Assembly: GCF_037042905.1 (NCBI RefSeq)
Contig: NC_087252.1
Coordinates: 38,068,001-38,132,000, forward strand
Source of the DNA: Lytechinus pictus
Taxonomy: Eukaryota
Direction of reading: 5' to 3'
DNA length: 64,000 nt
Below the pieces are notes generated by a model. It did not search any database and was not told where the DNA came from. It saw only the letters and a program-made list of their open reading frames with translations. Shown here one piece after another: positions 25,194-38,629 of this stretch. How positions within the stretch are numbered: position 1 is the stretch's first letter; every line of letters begins with the position of its first letter. A program made the position numbers and the translations under genes.

Positions 25194-25673
25194 TCATTTA
25201 GGAATGGGAATACGGCTTTCGTATAGCACTTCACCGCCATGATGTCCAACTGATGAAACGGTTGGTTTGGAGCCCTTCCGGTCCGTGCTCGCAGAGGAGT
25301 GGTACTTCTCGAGGGGCTTCATGGCCATGTAGGTGTGTGGTTCCCGGGTATCCCTAGAGCATGAAGAGATTGCTTGAGTGGTGCCCGTTGTTATGTTCGA
25401 TAGGATGAAGGGATCTGTTTGGCCAGTATGACCTGATGATAGACGGTTCTGGGAGGTCAAGCATGTGTTGGCTTCCCGCGAAGCGCTAGAGATTCCATGG
25501 ATGGTACTTGAGGATGTGTTCAAGGCCATCGAAGGGAAGAGCTGACCAGTATGAGACGATGGTATACCCTCATTCAAGGTCATGTATGTGTGACGCACAG
25601 TAGATCCATGCACATTGGAATCACTAGGAATTGCGTATGTGGGGTCCGATCTGTCAAATTCCACAGCTGAAGA
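25194..25673 (-). CDS. IgSF receptor terminal exon: cytoplasmic tail with tyrosine motifs
   Basis: Acceptor ttcttgaacag|TCT (phase 0), open to TGA at 25194. Motifs TYAIP, TYMTL, TYMAM, VLYES. Confidence 0.75.
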   Translation of the reverse strand, partial: SSAVEFDRSDPTYAIPSDSNVHGSTVRHTYMTLNEGIPSSHTGQLFPSMALNTSSSTIHGISSASREANTCLTSQNRLSSGHTGQTDPFILSNITTGTTQAISSCSRDTREPHTYMAMKPLEKYHSSASTDRKGSKPTVSSVGHHGGEVLYESRIPIPK

Positions 25674-26222
25674 CTGTTCAAGAACAGGGATACAAAAAGA
25701 TCACAATATTATGAGCGATTATTCACTAAACAACCAAGCACTAACATTTGTTTTTTAACATGTTCAAGATGATCCATTTTATTTTCATTTCAAACCTCTT
25801 GCATCACCTTACACTCAGTACAGTCTACAGGGGAAACGGATTAATTATACATACTTGATTACAATCTTTACGACAAATCATTTGGAAAATATATTCATGT
25901 CTCCTTTGTCATCTCCCACGCTTTTCCCATTTTGAAAATTCGAAAATACAATGAGCATGCTAATTATGAAACTGCAATTCAGTGTTAAAAAAAGTTGCAG
26001 AATATAGGTGTTACATGGTGAAAAACATTGCTTCAACTATACTCTGGTCTTATAATATTCCCAATTTTTTTCACTTCCAGTACCTTAGATAATAGAGTGC
26101 TCTGTTCGTCATTTCAGACAACACGCAATGAAATTATCCAGTTAAATTTTAATTTGTTAAAAGGAAAACATGTTCATGATCAGGATACTTCATAAGAACT
26201 ACGATTTATCTATCTTATTTAC

Positions 26223-26308
26223 CCTCGCTCCCCGTGCTGATACCTGCTCAGCACTGCCGTCGTTCCGGGAAATGCCGGAACTCTGGATTCCCGCTGATTC
26301 TAATCCAC
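26223..26308 (-). CDS. IgSF receptor juxtamembrane cytoplasmic exon (alternative donor would end it at 26244)
   Basis: Acceptor ttttttgtag|GT (phase 1), GGLESAGIQSSGISRNDGSAEQVSARGAR, donor AGG|GTAAAT (phase 0) matching the next exon. Confidence 0.7.
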
Positions 26309-26448
26309 CTACAAAAAAACAAACAATAATATTCATGTCCACATGCCATTACAGTTAACACTTTCTTGATTTTTCAAAAATGGTGTTGTATGCTCATGAA
26401 TGTATGTGGAAATGCCATAATAAATAGGGTGAATAAAATAAATCCTAC

Positions 26449-26565
26449 CTCTTTTCTTCCTCAATAGAAGATAGACAAAGGCTGCAAATACGATCAAGAG
26501 AAAGCCAGATGGAACTACTGCGTAGGCAATCGAGATTCGATGACAATGGCATGGTGTAGAAGCTC
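26449..26565 (-). CDS. IgSF receptor transmembrane exon
   Basis: tttttattgtag|...G|GTAGGA, 117 nt, phase 1-1: GASTPCHCHRISIAYAVVPSGFLLIVFAAFVYLLLRKKR (hydrophobic helix plus basic stop-transfer). Confidence 0.88.
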
Positions 26566-26789
26566 CTACAATAAAAATGACAGTGTATCAAAGTAGAATA
26601 AGCATTATCTACTCATCCCATTTCTGCACTCTAAAAACAGTTGGGCAAAAAATGCCTAATTTTAACCAACCCTGGGCAACATATTGTCCACAAAATTATT
26701 GGTTAAAATCTGTCCAAATTGGGTAATAAAAAACTAATAATCGGGTAGTAAATTTGTTCATTTGGATAACAATTGACTAGAATAAATTC

Positions 26790-26855
<66 letters not shown>

Positions 26856-27384
26856 TACGGACATACATTACCCAACACAGTGGACAGGATGTTGCCCAAA
26901 ATGTTAAATGTGTGCACTATCACGCTATTTTCTGAAAATTCGAAAAATATATATTTGTATTTTGTATTGTAAGAAGTCATTAGGCCTACTAACTCACAAT
27001 TTATATCTTTTTTTTTACCCGAAGAGTAAAAACGAACAAACAAAAACAATTAGCAAATGCATTGCATTCTGGCGATATAACGAATTACATCAACATGATG
27101 AATAAAACTTAATGGGGAATCGACTACAATAACACTATTTTGACCTGCTATTCAGTCACCCACTGACAGTAATTGTCATATCTGCTGCACATATCTATTA
27201 AGTTAAGTGAATGATAATTTGCCGTAAAAAAAAACAAAAACAAAGTAAAAGAAACGCGCTTGAAGAAAATATCCCAGAAGGATAATTAATTTCCACAGTT
27301 TTTTTTATACAGTTTTGTATTTTCGACGCCCCCTTATCTTCTAACAGTATGCAGTTATAATATAGGTGTTACTGATACTTTTAC

Positions 27385-27429
27385 CTTCAGTGAAATCGTC
27401 GGAGAATGTAGCCAGAGCATCCTCGCTAC
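27385..27429 (-). CDS. IgSF receptor 45-nt stalk exon
   Basis: ttttacag|GT...GAA G|GTAAAA, phase 1-1, SSEDALATFSDDFTE. Confidence 0.7.
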
Positions 27430-27687
27430 CTGTAAAATGCCAACGAAATCATCACTTTCATGTAAAATATTACATCAAATAATAAAAGGTAAACAAATGA
27501 GCGTGATCAGAATTTAGTACGGAAAATACACCAACAGCAATATGAGCATCTTCTTATAACGAAACAACGATACACCCGGTGAAAACGAAAGAATATGGAA
27601 TGAATTGTATTGTTATTGCTTAATTTATCAAAAAATACAAAATGTTATGAATCAGTTTATTAGATGAAATGATCATTGGCAAATTAC

Positions 27688-27762
27688 TTTCAAATCTTCC
27701 ATAATCCGTTCGCAAAGTTTGAGTGGTGTTTGCCCAGCGATCGTCAATAACGGTAGTGTGTC
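27688..27762 (-). CDS. IgSF receptor 75-nt stalk exon
   Basis: tttatacag|GA...GAA A|GTAATT, phase 1-1, GHTTVIDDRWANTTQTLRTDYGRFE. Confidence 0.7.
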
Positions 27763-28613
27763 CTGTATAAATTGAATTAAGAAAATGGAAATTAGTATGA
27801 GAGTTTGGTTAATAAATGTCCCCCAATATGCCAGTACCTGAAAAAAATTGCCAAAACAAACTAATCCTCAAAATACGCTTATCAATGGTTATTGGTATAA
27901 ACCCGTGATTGTGTAAATCACGTACAGTGTCAGACCAGGTTCATACATGACGAGTGTATGCAATTTGACACAGCTCTATTGACTAGTAGGATCCATCCCT
28001 ATACCGATGCAAAGGCACCTCTGTGTTCCTCTCCTTTCTCAATAGAACCCTCTCCCCTCACATCTGTACACACACACACACGCCCACTCTCTCACCCCAG
28101 CACACTCACAGACACACACATAAACTCACTCACACAGACCAATAGCTCTCCTATCTATCAACGCGTACATGCAATCATTAATTGATTTAACCCCCCCCCC
28201 AAAAAAAAAAAAAATAATAATAATAATTATATATATATATATATATATATAAATATACAAGAAGGAACATGAGAGAGAGAAAGCACACACACACACACAC
28301 TCATGCGCAAAAAGCCCAGTTGAGGATTTTTGTGGGTCAACTTTTCAAATCATAAATTGGATAGCTACGAGCTCTTTTTCCGTTCAAAATGGAAGGGATT
28401 TTAAGATGTAACAAGAAAAGATGGAAAACAATAAAATAATATGATTATGCAACTCGTAGCCAAAATATATAGGTTTTATTTAAAATAGAGAAGAAATATT
28501 GATTGAATAAGCCTTTAATAATTCTGAAGACAATATCCTGTTTGAAGAATTGATGATGAGTACGAAATGATGTAACATATATTTTATGACATGGAAAGAC
28601 AACTGACACTCAC

Positions 28614-28958
28614 CTCCATAGTTTATAAAGATGGATGCGAAAATACTTTGTGATGAGGAAGAAATGTTTGGCGTTCTGCAGATAATAATTTCTTGACGTT
28701 GAATATCAGGTACAGTAAATTGTAATGTCCTTGTAGGCACAACAAGACGTCTTTCACTTTCATCCTGGACAATTTGGTAAGAATCCGCATGAACAATAAT
28801 CCCGTCAGATAGTGTCCATTCCAAATCGACCGCTGGTTTAACAGGATTGGTTTTACAAACTATCGTCCTGTTTCCTGCCGGGTTAACTGGAAGTGATCCG
28901 TGGTTATCTATTCTCACATCTCCATCTTTATCGTACAATGTTAAGGCCTTCGGTGGAA
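28614..28958 (-). CDS. IgSF receptor constant-type (CD80-like C2/C1-like) Ig domain exon
   Basis: tttcatttcaag|TT CCA CCG...G|GTGAGT, 345 nt, phase 1-1: VPPKALTL...IVCKTNPVKPAVDLEW...RTLQF...IIC, with canonical Cys-Trp-Cys. Confidence 0.88.
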
Positions 28959-30396
28959 CTTGAAATGAAAACGAGATATATCCATTTATGCACTGGTAAA
29001 ACCCCCATTATCAGAATGCAGATCAATTTTGTTGATTGATTAACATTATATATGCCACTGTTTTCATTTTATTTTTTTATTTTTTTTATTTTTTTTGCTT
29101 TTGTTTGTTTGTTTGTTTTCTTTTTTTTTGGAGGGGGTTGATCCGTAGCCGTCTGTTGTGGTAATTACATGATTAAATTTTCATTCCACATCCCGCTTGT
29201 TTACTGAAAAGCATAATAACGGCTTGGTTTTCTCTTTCCAGTTAGTATTATCAGACTATGATAAATTTATATTTAAATTGCTGTACTGATATGGAAAGCG
29301 TTCTGAAACGTTTCAAGCCTTAGACAATTACTAGAACATCGTGCATTATGTCCGATGGGTCCATTCTCAATTTTAACACCTGACGTTTTTTTTGTGGAAA
29401 ACAATATTTCTAGGGTTTCTTCTTTTTCCCACTGTTAATGCATTTTTTTAATGAACATATATTGACCCTTCCATATATCTTGATAAATACCTAAGATTGG
29501 GAAATATTGTCAACCAACCAACATATCGTATACTATTATTAAACATCATCACAAACTCATAAAAAAATATCATGGTTTTAATCATTTCACAGCATGGTTA
29601 ACTAGTTCCTTCATGTTAAGTAACCACAAGGCTGCATGAGGATTTCTTTAAATTAAATTGGATTATCTAACACTGGAAGGAATCCCTCATATCATTATAT
29701 CGGAGGAATGCGACATAGACAGTCGATTACTAAGTTCTGCCATCATGACTGGAAGTAGACCAAAAGCTTCGGTCTCTGTTATGTTGGTTGTTCCGCTGAA
29801 CTCCGTTTGCTCCACTCACCAAATACAGAGACCGAAGTTCTAACTCGATCTGTACAGGGACTCAATGGCCATATGTTTATGTATTAAGTTTGGATCAACC
29901 AGGGAAGTGGGAGTTGCGCAAACAGCCGAAGTAAGTCACTGTTTTTCCTTTTAAGTTGATTTTTTTCCAATTTTGGTGCATTTCAGGCCAAAACGGACTA
30001 ATCATTATTTTGGTCCAGTTCTTTTTATATATTTTATGAAATAAAGACAAAAATCGATGAGCCCCGTCGGGGGGGGGGGGGGGTGGGATTTTGCATTGTT
30101 TACCCCTTAACGGTGGCTGCACGATAGCTAACCGTCTATGTACGAGTAGAAATAAAGAAAACAAATAAAATGTTTTAAAAAACTCCTCGAAACAGACGGC
30201 TGCCAGCTGTCTAGACTGGAAGGAGCATCCGAAGAAATTAATATTGTACGTGATGTCAAAATCTATAATTTTCTTCCGTCTGTTTTCGTAATAACGTGAA
30301 TGTCCTGCCCTATATAGATGAACATATACACTGACTAGGGTAAAAATCAAAATTTGATAGTGTATGGCATAAATTCCATGTAAAAATATTAAATAC

Positions 30397-30702
30397 CGTT
30401 CACTGTCAGGTTGATTTTACAAGTCTGTATGTCGTTATGATATAAAATATCGGAAATGTATTCATCTTCATCAGCCAACGAAACGTTACGAATAGTCAAA
30501 GTGCTGATAACCGTTTCGTTTCTTTCAAGTGTGTGTCTTGTAGAGTTGTTTTCACATGGAAAACTTATTTCGTTGCATGTGAATATCAAGGAGCCATTAC
30601 TTCGCCACCATATTATCGCCACGCTTTGGTCGATTGCACCGGACCCAACGCAGACTTACTTCATGTCTTCAACTACATTTTGGTAAACGGGGCATCATTT
30701 CA
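30397..30702 (-). pseudogene. V-type Ig exon copy 1 (proximal), disrupted
   Basis: 306 nt, phase 1-1, donor AAC G|GTATTT. C...IIWWR...STLTIRNVSLADEDEYIS...INLTVN. Two in-frame stops near the 5' end; F-strand Cys replaced by Ser. Confidence 0.8.
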
Positions 30703-32926
30703 CTTAATAGGAAGCGGAATAGTAGGGGGTAATACATCATGAGAACAGATGTTCATGAACTAAGCAAATTTAAGAATAGTATCTTTTGATCGAAAATCGG
30801 GGGGGGGGGGAGGCACTTGACCCCCTCAGAATAATAATAATAGTGATGATCAGAATAATAACAACACAAACAACAATACTTATATTAAGGTAATGGTAAA
30901 TGGAAAATGAATAAATGGAATGAAATCAATGGACAGATAAATATAAAATGCTAATAACAATAATAAAAAAAAATCCTGTGCCCTATTTGGGATATCTCAC
31001 TGGGCCGGCAACTAATTCGTTAATAATTTGCAATTTCAGGTTTGGGTAGTTATTAAGACGTCTCCGAGATATTTCCTCTACATTACGGAATCTCCAAGGA
31101 GTCGCAAGAAAACCAATCTGCTCGATTTTTGTATACTTTTCCAGCTTTTTCGCGATGTCTCCACGACGTCTCCAAAACATCTCCATCAGTTGCAGAGACG
31201 TCGAGTAGATACACCCCGGCTGCTCAGACGACTCCATGATGTCTTTGCGAAGTCTCAGAGACCAATACTGACGAGAGGAGGTACTTTAAGCTCTACACAC
31301 TGCCCTACTTTGGCATGAGGAAGCTAATTACAAATTATGATTTGTTGTAAACGAGCAATGTGTGTTCGTCATTTCCGAAGGCGTCAATGCAATTTAACAG
31401 CATACTTTCTTCAATATCATACCACAGAACGATCATATCTTCACCAAATTTTGCCTGAACGTGCAACATACAATGGGTGTTTCAGAAACAGCAATAACTC
31501 AAATTTGACTGATGTCACTTGCTTCCTTTCGCCAAAATTGTGTAGCACAGTTAAACGCAGTTTGAAATTTTATACAACGCTGTTTACTACATGTACCATG
31601 CAGTAGTTGTTTAACGGTTTAAACAACAAAGCTTAATTTATTGAAGATTAAATATAAGAAAGAAAACTTCAATTGTTTAAGATTTAAAACACTTGCTTAA
31701 ACTGTTTAAACTATATACTACTGTAAGGTTAATTTAGCAAAAAGCGTTGGATAGCCATTTTAAACAGCGTTTTTGCTGTGTATCTCACCAAATGAGACAT
31801 ATCTGTGATGTTTCAGAGTAGAGAGTCGCGGAGATGCCTCCAACAAAAAAAGTTTATCCGCTCTAACCGAGGAGACGTTTTAGCGACGCGTTGCTCCAGA
31901 CAAGGTGAAAACCACTAAATGTCCTAACATTCGCGGGCTGCAAAGTCTCCAAATAGTCATTGCGACATCTCGAAAATCTTGTTTACGTAAAAGCATAATA
32001 ATGATTTGGTTTTCATTTTTGAATAGTATTGTGATAAATTGATTTTTAGATTGCTGTACTTACATGGAAAGCGCTTTGAAACAAGTGTCAAAACTTAGAT
32101 AATCTGTAAAACATCGTGTAATGTGGCAAATTATGGCTCCATTCCAATTTAGTATCTGACATTCGTTTGAAATGCAATATTTGTGTTTTCTTCATTTTTC
32201 TCACTATTTTCTACTTAAAGTGATCAATTTAATAAGTTTCTTCCTAATTGATTTTTTTGTGAACACACCCTGACATATACTTTGCTAATTACCTAAAGAT
32301 TGGGAACTATTGTAAACCAACCAATTGTCCATGCGGTCAGTTGAAATACATGTATCATGGTAAAATTGTAAAATATATCATAGTTAACTTTAAGCAATTA
32401 ACCGTTAACATGGTTAACTAGTTCTTGGCCTTATGGAAGCAGGGGTGATGGGGATGTTATTCACCATTATAGGCAGCAAGGCTCTGGAATTCAAGCAGTT
32501 ATGGTAAAAAAAAATATAGAAATGTAACCAAAATCACATTCTTTTCGTAGTGTTTTTGCTTGTCGAATATATCCAGAGCCAAATCACGTTGATTTTTTGA
32601 TGAAAACCTGGGCTTGTCAAAAATGTTTCTTCAAAACCAGCGCCCTCTATTGAAAGATCATTCGCAGGGCCCTGGGGATGTATAATGAATCGCGAGGAGT
32701 GACGCGACATGGATAGTTTACTACTTAGTTCTGCAATATACGATATGATTTGAGAATGGACCATCCGTTTCACGACGATAAATAATTGTGCGTGATGGCA
32801 AGATCTAAAATTTTCTTCTGATCGTCTCGAAGGTATTATCGTGAATATTCTGAACAATACAGATTAGGATAAGAATGTGATGGTGTGTTATATACGAATG
32901 GATTTCATGTTAAAAATGTTAAATAC

Positions 32927-33111
32927 CGTTCACTTTCAGGCTGATTGTACAAGTATGTATGCCGTCAAAATCATACATATTGCAAATGTATTCATCTTCA
33001 TCAGCCAACGAAACGTTACGAATAGTCAAAGTGCTGATAATCGTTTCGTTTCTTCCAAGTGTGTGTCTTGTAGAGTTGTTTTCACAAGGATAATTTATCT
33101 CGTTGCATGTG
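32927..33111 (-). pseudogene. V-type Ig exon copy 2, 5'-truncated at a LINE junction
   Basis: TCNEINYPCENNSTRHTLGRNETIISTLTIRNVSLADEDEYICNMY...ISLKVN, donor G|GTATTT. Close paralogue of copy 1. Confidence 0.82.
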
Positions 33112-36100
33112 TCAACTTGGTTTTGTTGATGAAAGATCAACTGTCACTAATCGTTGGAAGGTGCTTGATGAGTGCACACACGTACTAGATAAGGGTGGTA
33201 CCATTGATGCCATATACGTGGACCTCATGAAAGCATTTGTTACGGTGTCTCACCAGCGTCTCCTTGTTAAGTTGGAATCCTTTGGTATCTGTGGTAAGCC
33301 CCAAAATGGCTTATGTCTTTCCTAACAGGTTGAAGGCAGCGTGTAGTCGTTGGTGGAAAGGCGTCGTCCTGGGGAGAAGTAACGAGCGGCGTCCGGCAAG
33401 GTAGTGTGTTGGGTCCGACCCTGTTTTTGGTATTTGTCAATGATCTTCCAAATGTTAATTCTGATATTGTAATGTCTGCGGATGATACAATGTTGTATGT
33501 ACGTTCTGATAGTGTTAAAGGTGTCGAACAACTCCAAAGAGATATCTTCCTTCCAGAATAACTGTCTGCAAAGTGGCAGCTACGTTTTCATCCTGATAAA
33601 TGCACCGCCTTAAAGCTAAGGAGAAACGATACAGAAGAGAGGCATGAATCTGGGAAGCGGGGGTGCTGAAGCACCCCGAAGATTTTCCCAGGGGGTGCTG
33701 CGTGTATTATTTTCCATAGGCAGCACCCCCGGAATTCTGGTTGGTGTGTCACATAGGAGAAATGTATGGAAAATGACCAACATCTTGTGTTGAAACCCTT
33801 TTTTGGGCCTATCAAATTTCTTGGCAACAAAAACGACCTTCATCTTGTGAAACCTTTTTGCTTGTCATATTTACATAGGCGGATCCAGGAGGCCCAAGAA
33901 GAAAAGGGGGAAGGCATTTAAAAAAAGAAAAAGAAGGGGAAAGAGAGGAGAAAATAGGAGGATGAAGAAGGGTGAATAAAATAAGGTGAAGGGACGACAT
34001 GGAATATACAATTAAAAAACCTTTCATGTCACTATAAAGTTTTCGCTCGCGCTTCGTGTTCACATTGCATGTTTGATGAGATGCATGAGATTCTTCCTCA
34101 ATAGGCTGATATGGAGCTTAAAATATCAAGTTTTGAATTCAATATACAAAACATCTTTCAGCTCCGACATCGAGGTTTTATTATTGTGTTTGATTTATAA
34201 ATTGATTTTCAAAAAGTGCTCTGTAAAATCAATGTCCATCTTATTGTCTCAGTGTCAACATTTTCAGCTCATGCTGCGCGCTTGCGCTATTTGATTTGTC
34301 AGGTACCTATTCTCTTTGTGTATTCATTAAAGTTCTCAAAATATCCCTTTTTAGGTTTGACTGTCAAAAGCTATCAGCGAGCGCTGCACGCTCGCATTTT
34401 GATTGATGAGTAATGTATACCTCTATAATTTCCTCTACAGTAATTGGCAATTCTATAACAAACTACTTAAAATCCACTTTTCATGACATCGCGATTTGCG
34501 CTCTCATAAAAAATATATTAACACATGCATCCTATTCATAATTACTAAAGTGCTTAAAATGTCCAGTTTTCAGGAAATAGTATCAACAAATTTCGAGCTG
34601 TCATTAGGCTTATTAGATTAATAAATACAAAAATAACATTTTCATGAATTCCTAATAATTAAATTGTCCTTATTTCAGAATGGAATATCTCGCGCTTAGG
34701 AAGAGAAATAGAAGAAAGTCATTATTTTCATATGATGACAAAAATGTCCTTAGAATGTCCAGGTCCTAGATCAAAATAAAAACAATAAAATATCATCTTG
34801 CGCTTAGCGCTCACATAATTTATTAAGAGCGATCCATAATATACACTTCACAATTTTCCTACATAGCGCTTGAATTAGTGCTTAAATTGACCCTTTTTCA
34901 GATAGGAATATCAAATATTTTCAGCTCACGCTTCGCGATCACATTATTGATTTTCATGATAAAAAATACATTTAGAATGCCCAGATACTAGGTATAAATC
35001 TTAAACACACGCACGCATGTTTATTGAGATACATAGATTGTTCTTTATTTAAAACATACTTAAATTATCTAGTTTCAGACTAAAATGTTCTGTTCGCGCT
35101 TCGCGCTCACATTTTTGATTTAGGATACCCAATTACCCATTATTTTCATGATTACCAAACATGAAGAGAGTGACCCGTTTTTTAGGTCTAAATCTCTTTT
35201 TTCCCCGCTTACGCTTCGCGCTCGCATTGTTTAGTTATATGCCTATCGTGCCAATGATTATAAAATATGCTTAGAATTTCCATTTTCTAGGTTGGAACGT
35301 CAAAATTTGTCAGCTCGCGCTTCGCTTTCGTTTTATTTGATTATTGAATGATTATAGAATATGTATCGATTTATGACTAACTACAAATAGTCCTCAACAA
35401 GTCCCGCTTCGATCAGTTATATACGCATTTTGTTCAGGATCACAAACATTGCCCAGAATGTTCGATTTTAAGGAAAAGATACATGAGATTTCCAAAAAAA
35501 ATAGCTCGCGCTTAGCGCTCGCACTATTTAAATATGGCTTATGGGGTTACTATATTTTCTAAGAATAAAGCAAAGAAGTGACTGTTACGAAGACACAAAC
35601 AGAAATTATCTTTGAGTGGCCGATCGGGGGGAAATGGGTGAATCCCCCCCCCCCCTTATTGGTAAAAGCTGGATCCGCCCCTGAAATTAGGCCTACTTCA
35701 GCACCCCCAGCAAAAAAGTCGTTCCCAGGGCCCTGAAGAGCGGACTCAGTATCGCATGAAGGGAGAGTCGAAACTACTTTACCCTTAAAGAGATTAAAGC
35801 AGAAAAGGACCTTGGCGTACAGATCGACTCGAAGCTGTCTTTCAAAGACCAATTGTGACAAGGAGCATTAAAGGGGAACAAAGTCAAAGGAATCGCTAGA
35901 AAAATACTTTGCTAGTTTAGATACAGTTACAATGTCATATTTGTTTAAAGGTCTTATCAGACCTCTATTAGAGTATGGACAAGCCGCTTGGTCGCCATAT
36001 AAACTAAGTGAACAAAGAAAGTTAGAAAGTGTACAGAGGCGAGCCACAAATATTATTCCAGGTTTTAGAAATATGTCTTATACATAGGGAACGTCTCATG

Positions 36101-36500
36101 AAACTCAAATTGCTAAGTCTTGCTCATCATATGCGAAGGAGAGGCGACATTATTGATGTCTACAAGTATTTGACTGGAATATATGACACACAGCATAACC
36201 TTTTTAATTTGTCGCAGAGGAGGTCTGGAGGTCATAGGTTAAAGTTGGATAAGAAACTTTCTCGGCTTGAAATTAGGAAGTATGTTTTCAGTATAGAGTC
36301 GTATATATGTGGAATAGTCTTCCTGATAATGTAGTTTCAGCTCCTTCAAAAATCGCCTGGATAGACACTGGTCTATAAATTGTACTTGCTTTATGAGCCA
36401 GTGTATCAAGTTCTCAATATCATTGATACTGTACTACAACCAGAGGAGATACTACGATCGATGAACAGGCATCCAAGCCTCCATCATCGTTGACCTACTG
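33112..36500 (+). mobile_element. Degenerate CR1 LINE 3' part, split by an hAT-type insertion
   Basis: IDAIYVDLMKAF.TVSHQRLL, FHPDKC, then after 35743 EKDLGV, RPLLEY, ESVQRRAT, RRRGDII. Confidence 0.8.
33643..35735. mobile_element. Non-autonomous hAT-like element
   Basis: Ends CA...CTGGGAA / TTCCCAGGGCCCTG. 8-bp TSD AAGAGAGG / AAGAGCGG (7/8). Internal CGCGCTTCGCGCTC repeats. Confidence 0.65.
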
Positions 36501-36506
36501 AACAAT

Positions 36507-37085
36507 TCCACCCCAACAAAGTTGATTTGAATAAAAAGAGAAAAATCCAACAAGCATAACACTGAAAATTTCATCAAAATCAGATGTAACGTAAGAAAGT
36601 TATGACATTTTAAAGTTTTGCTTTATTTCACAAAACAGTTATATGCACATCCTGGTCGGTATGCAAATGAGGAAATTGATGACATCATCCACTATTTTTT
36701 ATTATTATTATTATTATATGAAATTATTCTAATTTTCTCTTCATTGACAAGTGAAACAATGATTAATTCCTCCTTGAACATGTGGAATTAGTATTGTTTA
36801 ATACTATATAGTTCAGTCAAGCTGGTCCTTATTGTCCAATCTGTAAAAATATGAAACATTGTATAATTCAAACATTAGAAATAGTGAGGGACATCATTGA
36901 CTGTCTAATTTGCATGTCAATGAGTTGTGCATATCACTGTTTTGTGAGAAATAAACAAAACTTTAAAATGTCATAACTTTCTTTTTTTTTACACCCGATT
37001 TTGATGAAATTGTCAGCGGTATGCCAGTTTAATTTTTCACTATTTGTTCAAATCAACGTTTCTCTGGGGTGGACTTGACCTTTGA
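36507..37085. mobile_element. MITE with long inverted arms
   Basis: CCACCCCA...TTGATTTGAATAAA...AAATTTCATCAAAATC is mirrored by GATTTTGATGAAATT...TTCAAATCAAC...TGGGGTGG. Confidence 0.65.
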
Positions 37086-37104
37086 AGTAAGTATAAAGTA
37101 ATAA

Positions 37105-37781
37105 TTACTACGAGACGTAATTATTTAGATAGTGTAGTAATTTGGTCTTTCCTAGGTAATTCGTTTATTATTTACCAACTTGGCGTTTACCAGCAAAATA
37201 AAACTGTCCTGCCGAGTTCCTAACTGCTACAGTTATTTAACGTAGCGACTCTAATTAATTTAACGTCATGACGTTATTTCGTTGAGCAGTAATTTGAATT
37301 AACGTCGTGAAGAAATTCGAATCACGACGGTACATGATTAGTTAGATAGTTTAGTGATTCGAGTAACGATGCGACGTAATTATTAAGTTAGTGCAATAAT
37401 TCAAATTACGACGCGACATAATTATTTAGGTAGCGTAGTAATTCGGATTTTCATAGGTAATTCGTTTATTATTTACCATCTTGGCGTTTACCAGCAAAAT
37501 AAAACTGTCCTGCCGAGTTCCTAACTGCAACAGTTATTTAACGTAGCGACTCTAATTAATTTAACGTCATGACGTTATTTCGTTGAGCAGTAATTTGAAT
37601 TCACGTCGTGAAGTAATTCGAATCACGACGGGACATGATTAGTTAGGTAGTTTAGTGATTCGAGTAACGATGCGACGTAATTATTTAGGTAGCATAGTAA
37701 TTCGGATTTTCATAGGTAATTTGTTTATTATTTACCAGCTTGGCGTTTACAAGCAAAATAAAACTGTCCTGCCGAGTTCCT
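37105..37781. repeat. Tandem repeat, ~300/260-bp units (about 2.3 copies)
   Basis: TAGGTAATT...AAAACTGTCCTGCCGAGTTCCTA recurs at 37153, 37454 and 37713. Confidence 0.85.
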
Positions 37782-37950
37782 ACGGGAGATACCATAAAGA
37801 GAAACAGAATTACGGCCCGATGTATATCCATGTTTATGACGGTCTTGTGCTTTCATACTGAGGCGTTCTCGAGCTCTATACGACAGACACTCATGTGGTT
37901 CATGAGGCTGCGAAAAATCGTCCCCGATCGACCATGTCAATGGACGGCAA

Positions 37951-38199
37951 GGCCCCGTCTTACAAAGAGCTGCGATTGATCAAATCAATCAGTGTCATGA
38001 TTTTTTCTTTAGGAAGTTTGCTCAAACTCCTTCGAAAATAAAAAGAAGCATACTCAAATGTCAAGAAAACAGTGAATGTATAAATATATATCATTTGTAG
38101 AAAATATTTTGAAGAAACGTGTATTTAAGATGTTGACATTGCTGGCTTTCCATAGTTACGATGTATCGGATCAATCATAACTCTTTGTAAGACGGGGCC
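37951..38199. mobile_element. Short MITE
   Basis: Terminal inverted repeat (TIR) GGCCCCGTCTTACAAAGAG / CTCTTTGTAAGACGGGGCC. Confidence 0.8.
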
Positions 38200-38629
38200 A
38201 AAATCTAACATCCGCGTAGTGGTTGCAAAAAGTCCCTATTATTAGGGAGTTCACGCTTACCGACGTACGGAGGATCCAAGAACAGAGAAACTGTGTTATC
38301 AAATAACCGTCATTACAGAGAACAAAGAAGTTGTAAAATTCCATACAAATATAACAAATAAGTATTTGTCGAGAATTTGGTGAACTAAAATGGCATTTTG
38401 TCCTTGATTTTAGACAAACGATATTTGCAATTTTCCGTCAGCTTTAAAACTCAGGACGATCTCTTGTTGCTGTTCACCAATTTTCAATAATGACATCTGT
38501 TCTTTGTCATTTATTGACGGTCATTCCCAATATATTTACTCAGTCCTTGAATCATTCGTATGTCGCTGAGCTAAAACTCTTTATTATGAATTCGATGATC
38601 ATAATCTCATAAGACGCTCTGATGTATAC

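Noticed and set aside
25200-25650. Canonical ITAM/ITIM in the receptor tail
   Set aside because: Tyr spacing and flanking residues do not fit YxxL-x6-8-YxxL or (I/V/L/S)xYxx(L/V).
31546-31780. CACAG-ended inverted repeat as a RAG-transposon/RSS end
   Set aside because: Short AT-rich MITE with CACAG..AAACGC ends, no nonamer; resembles common CACTA-type MITEs.
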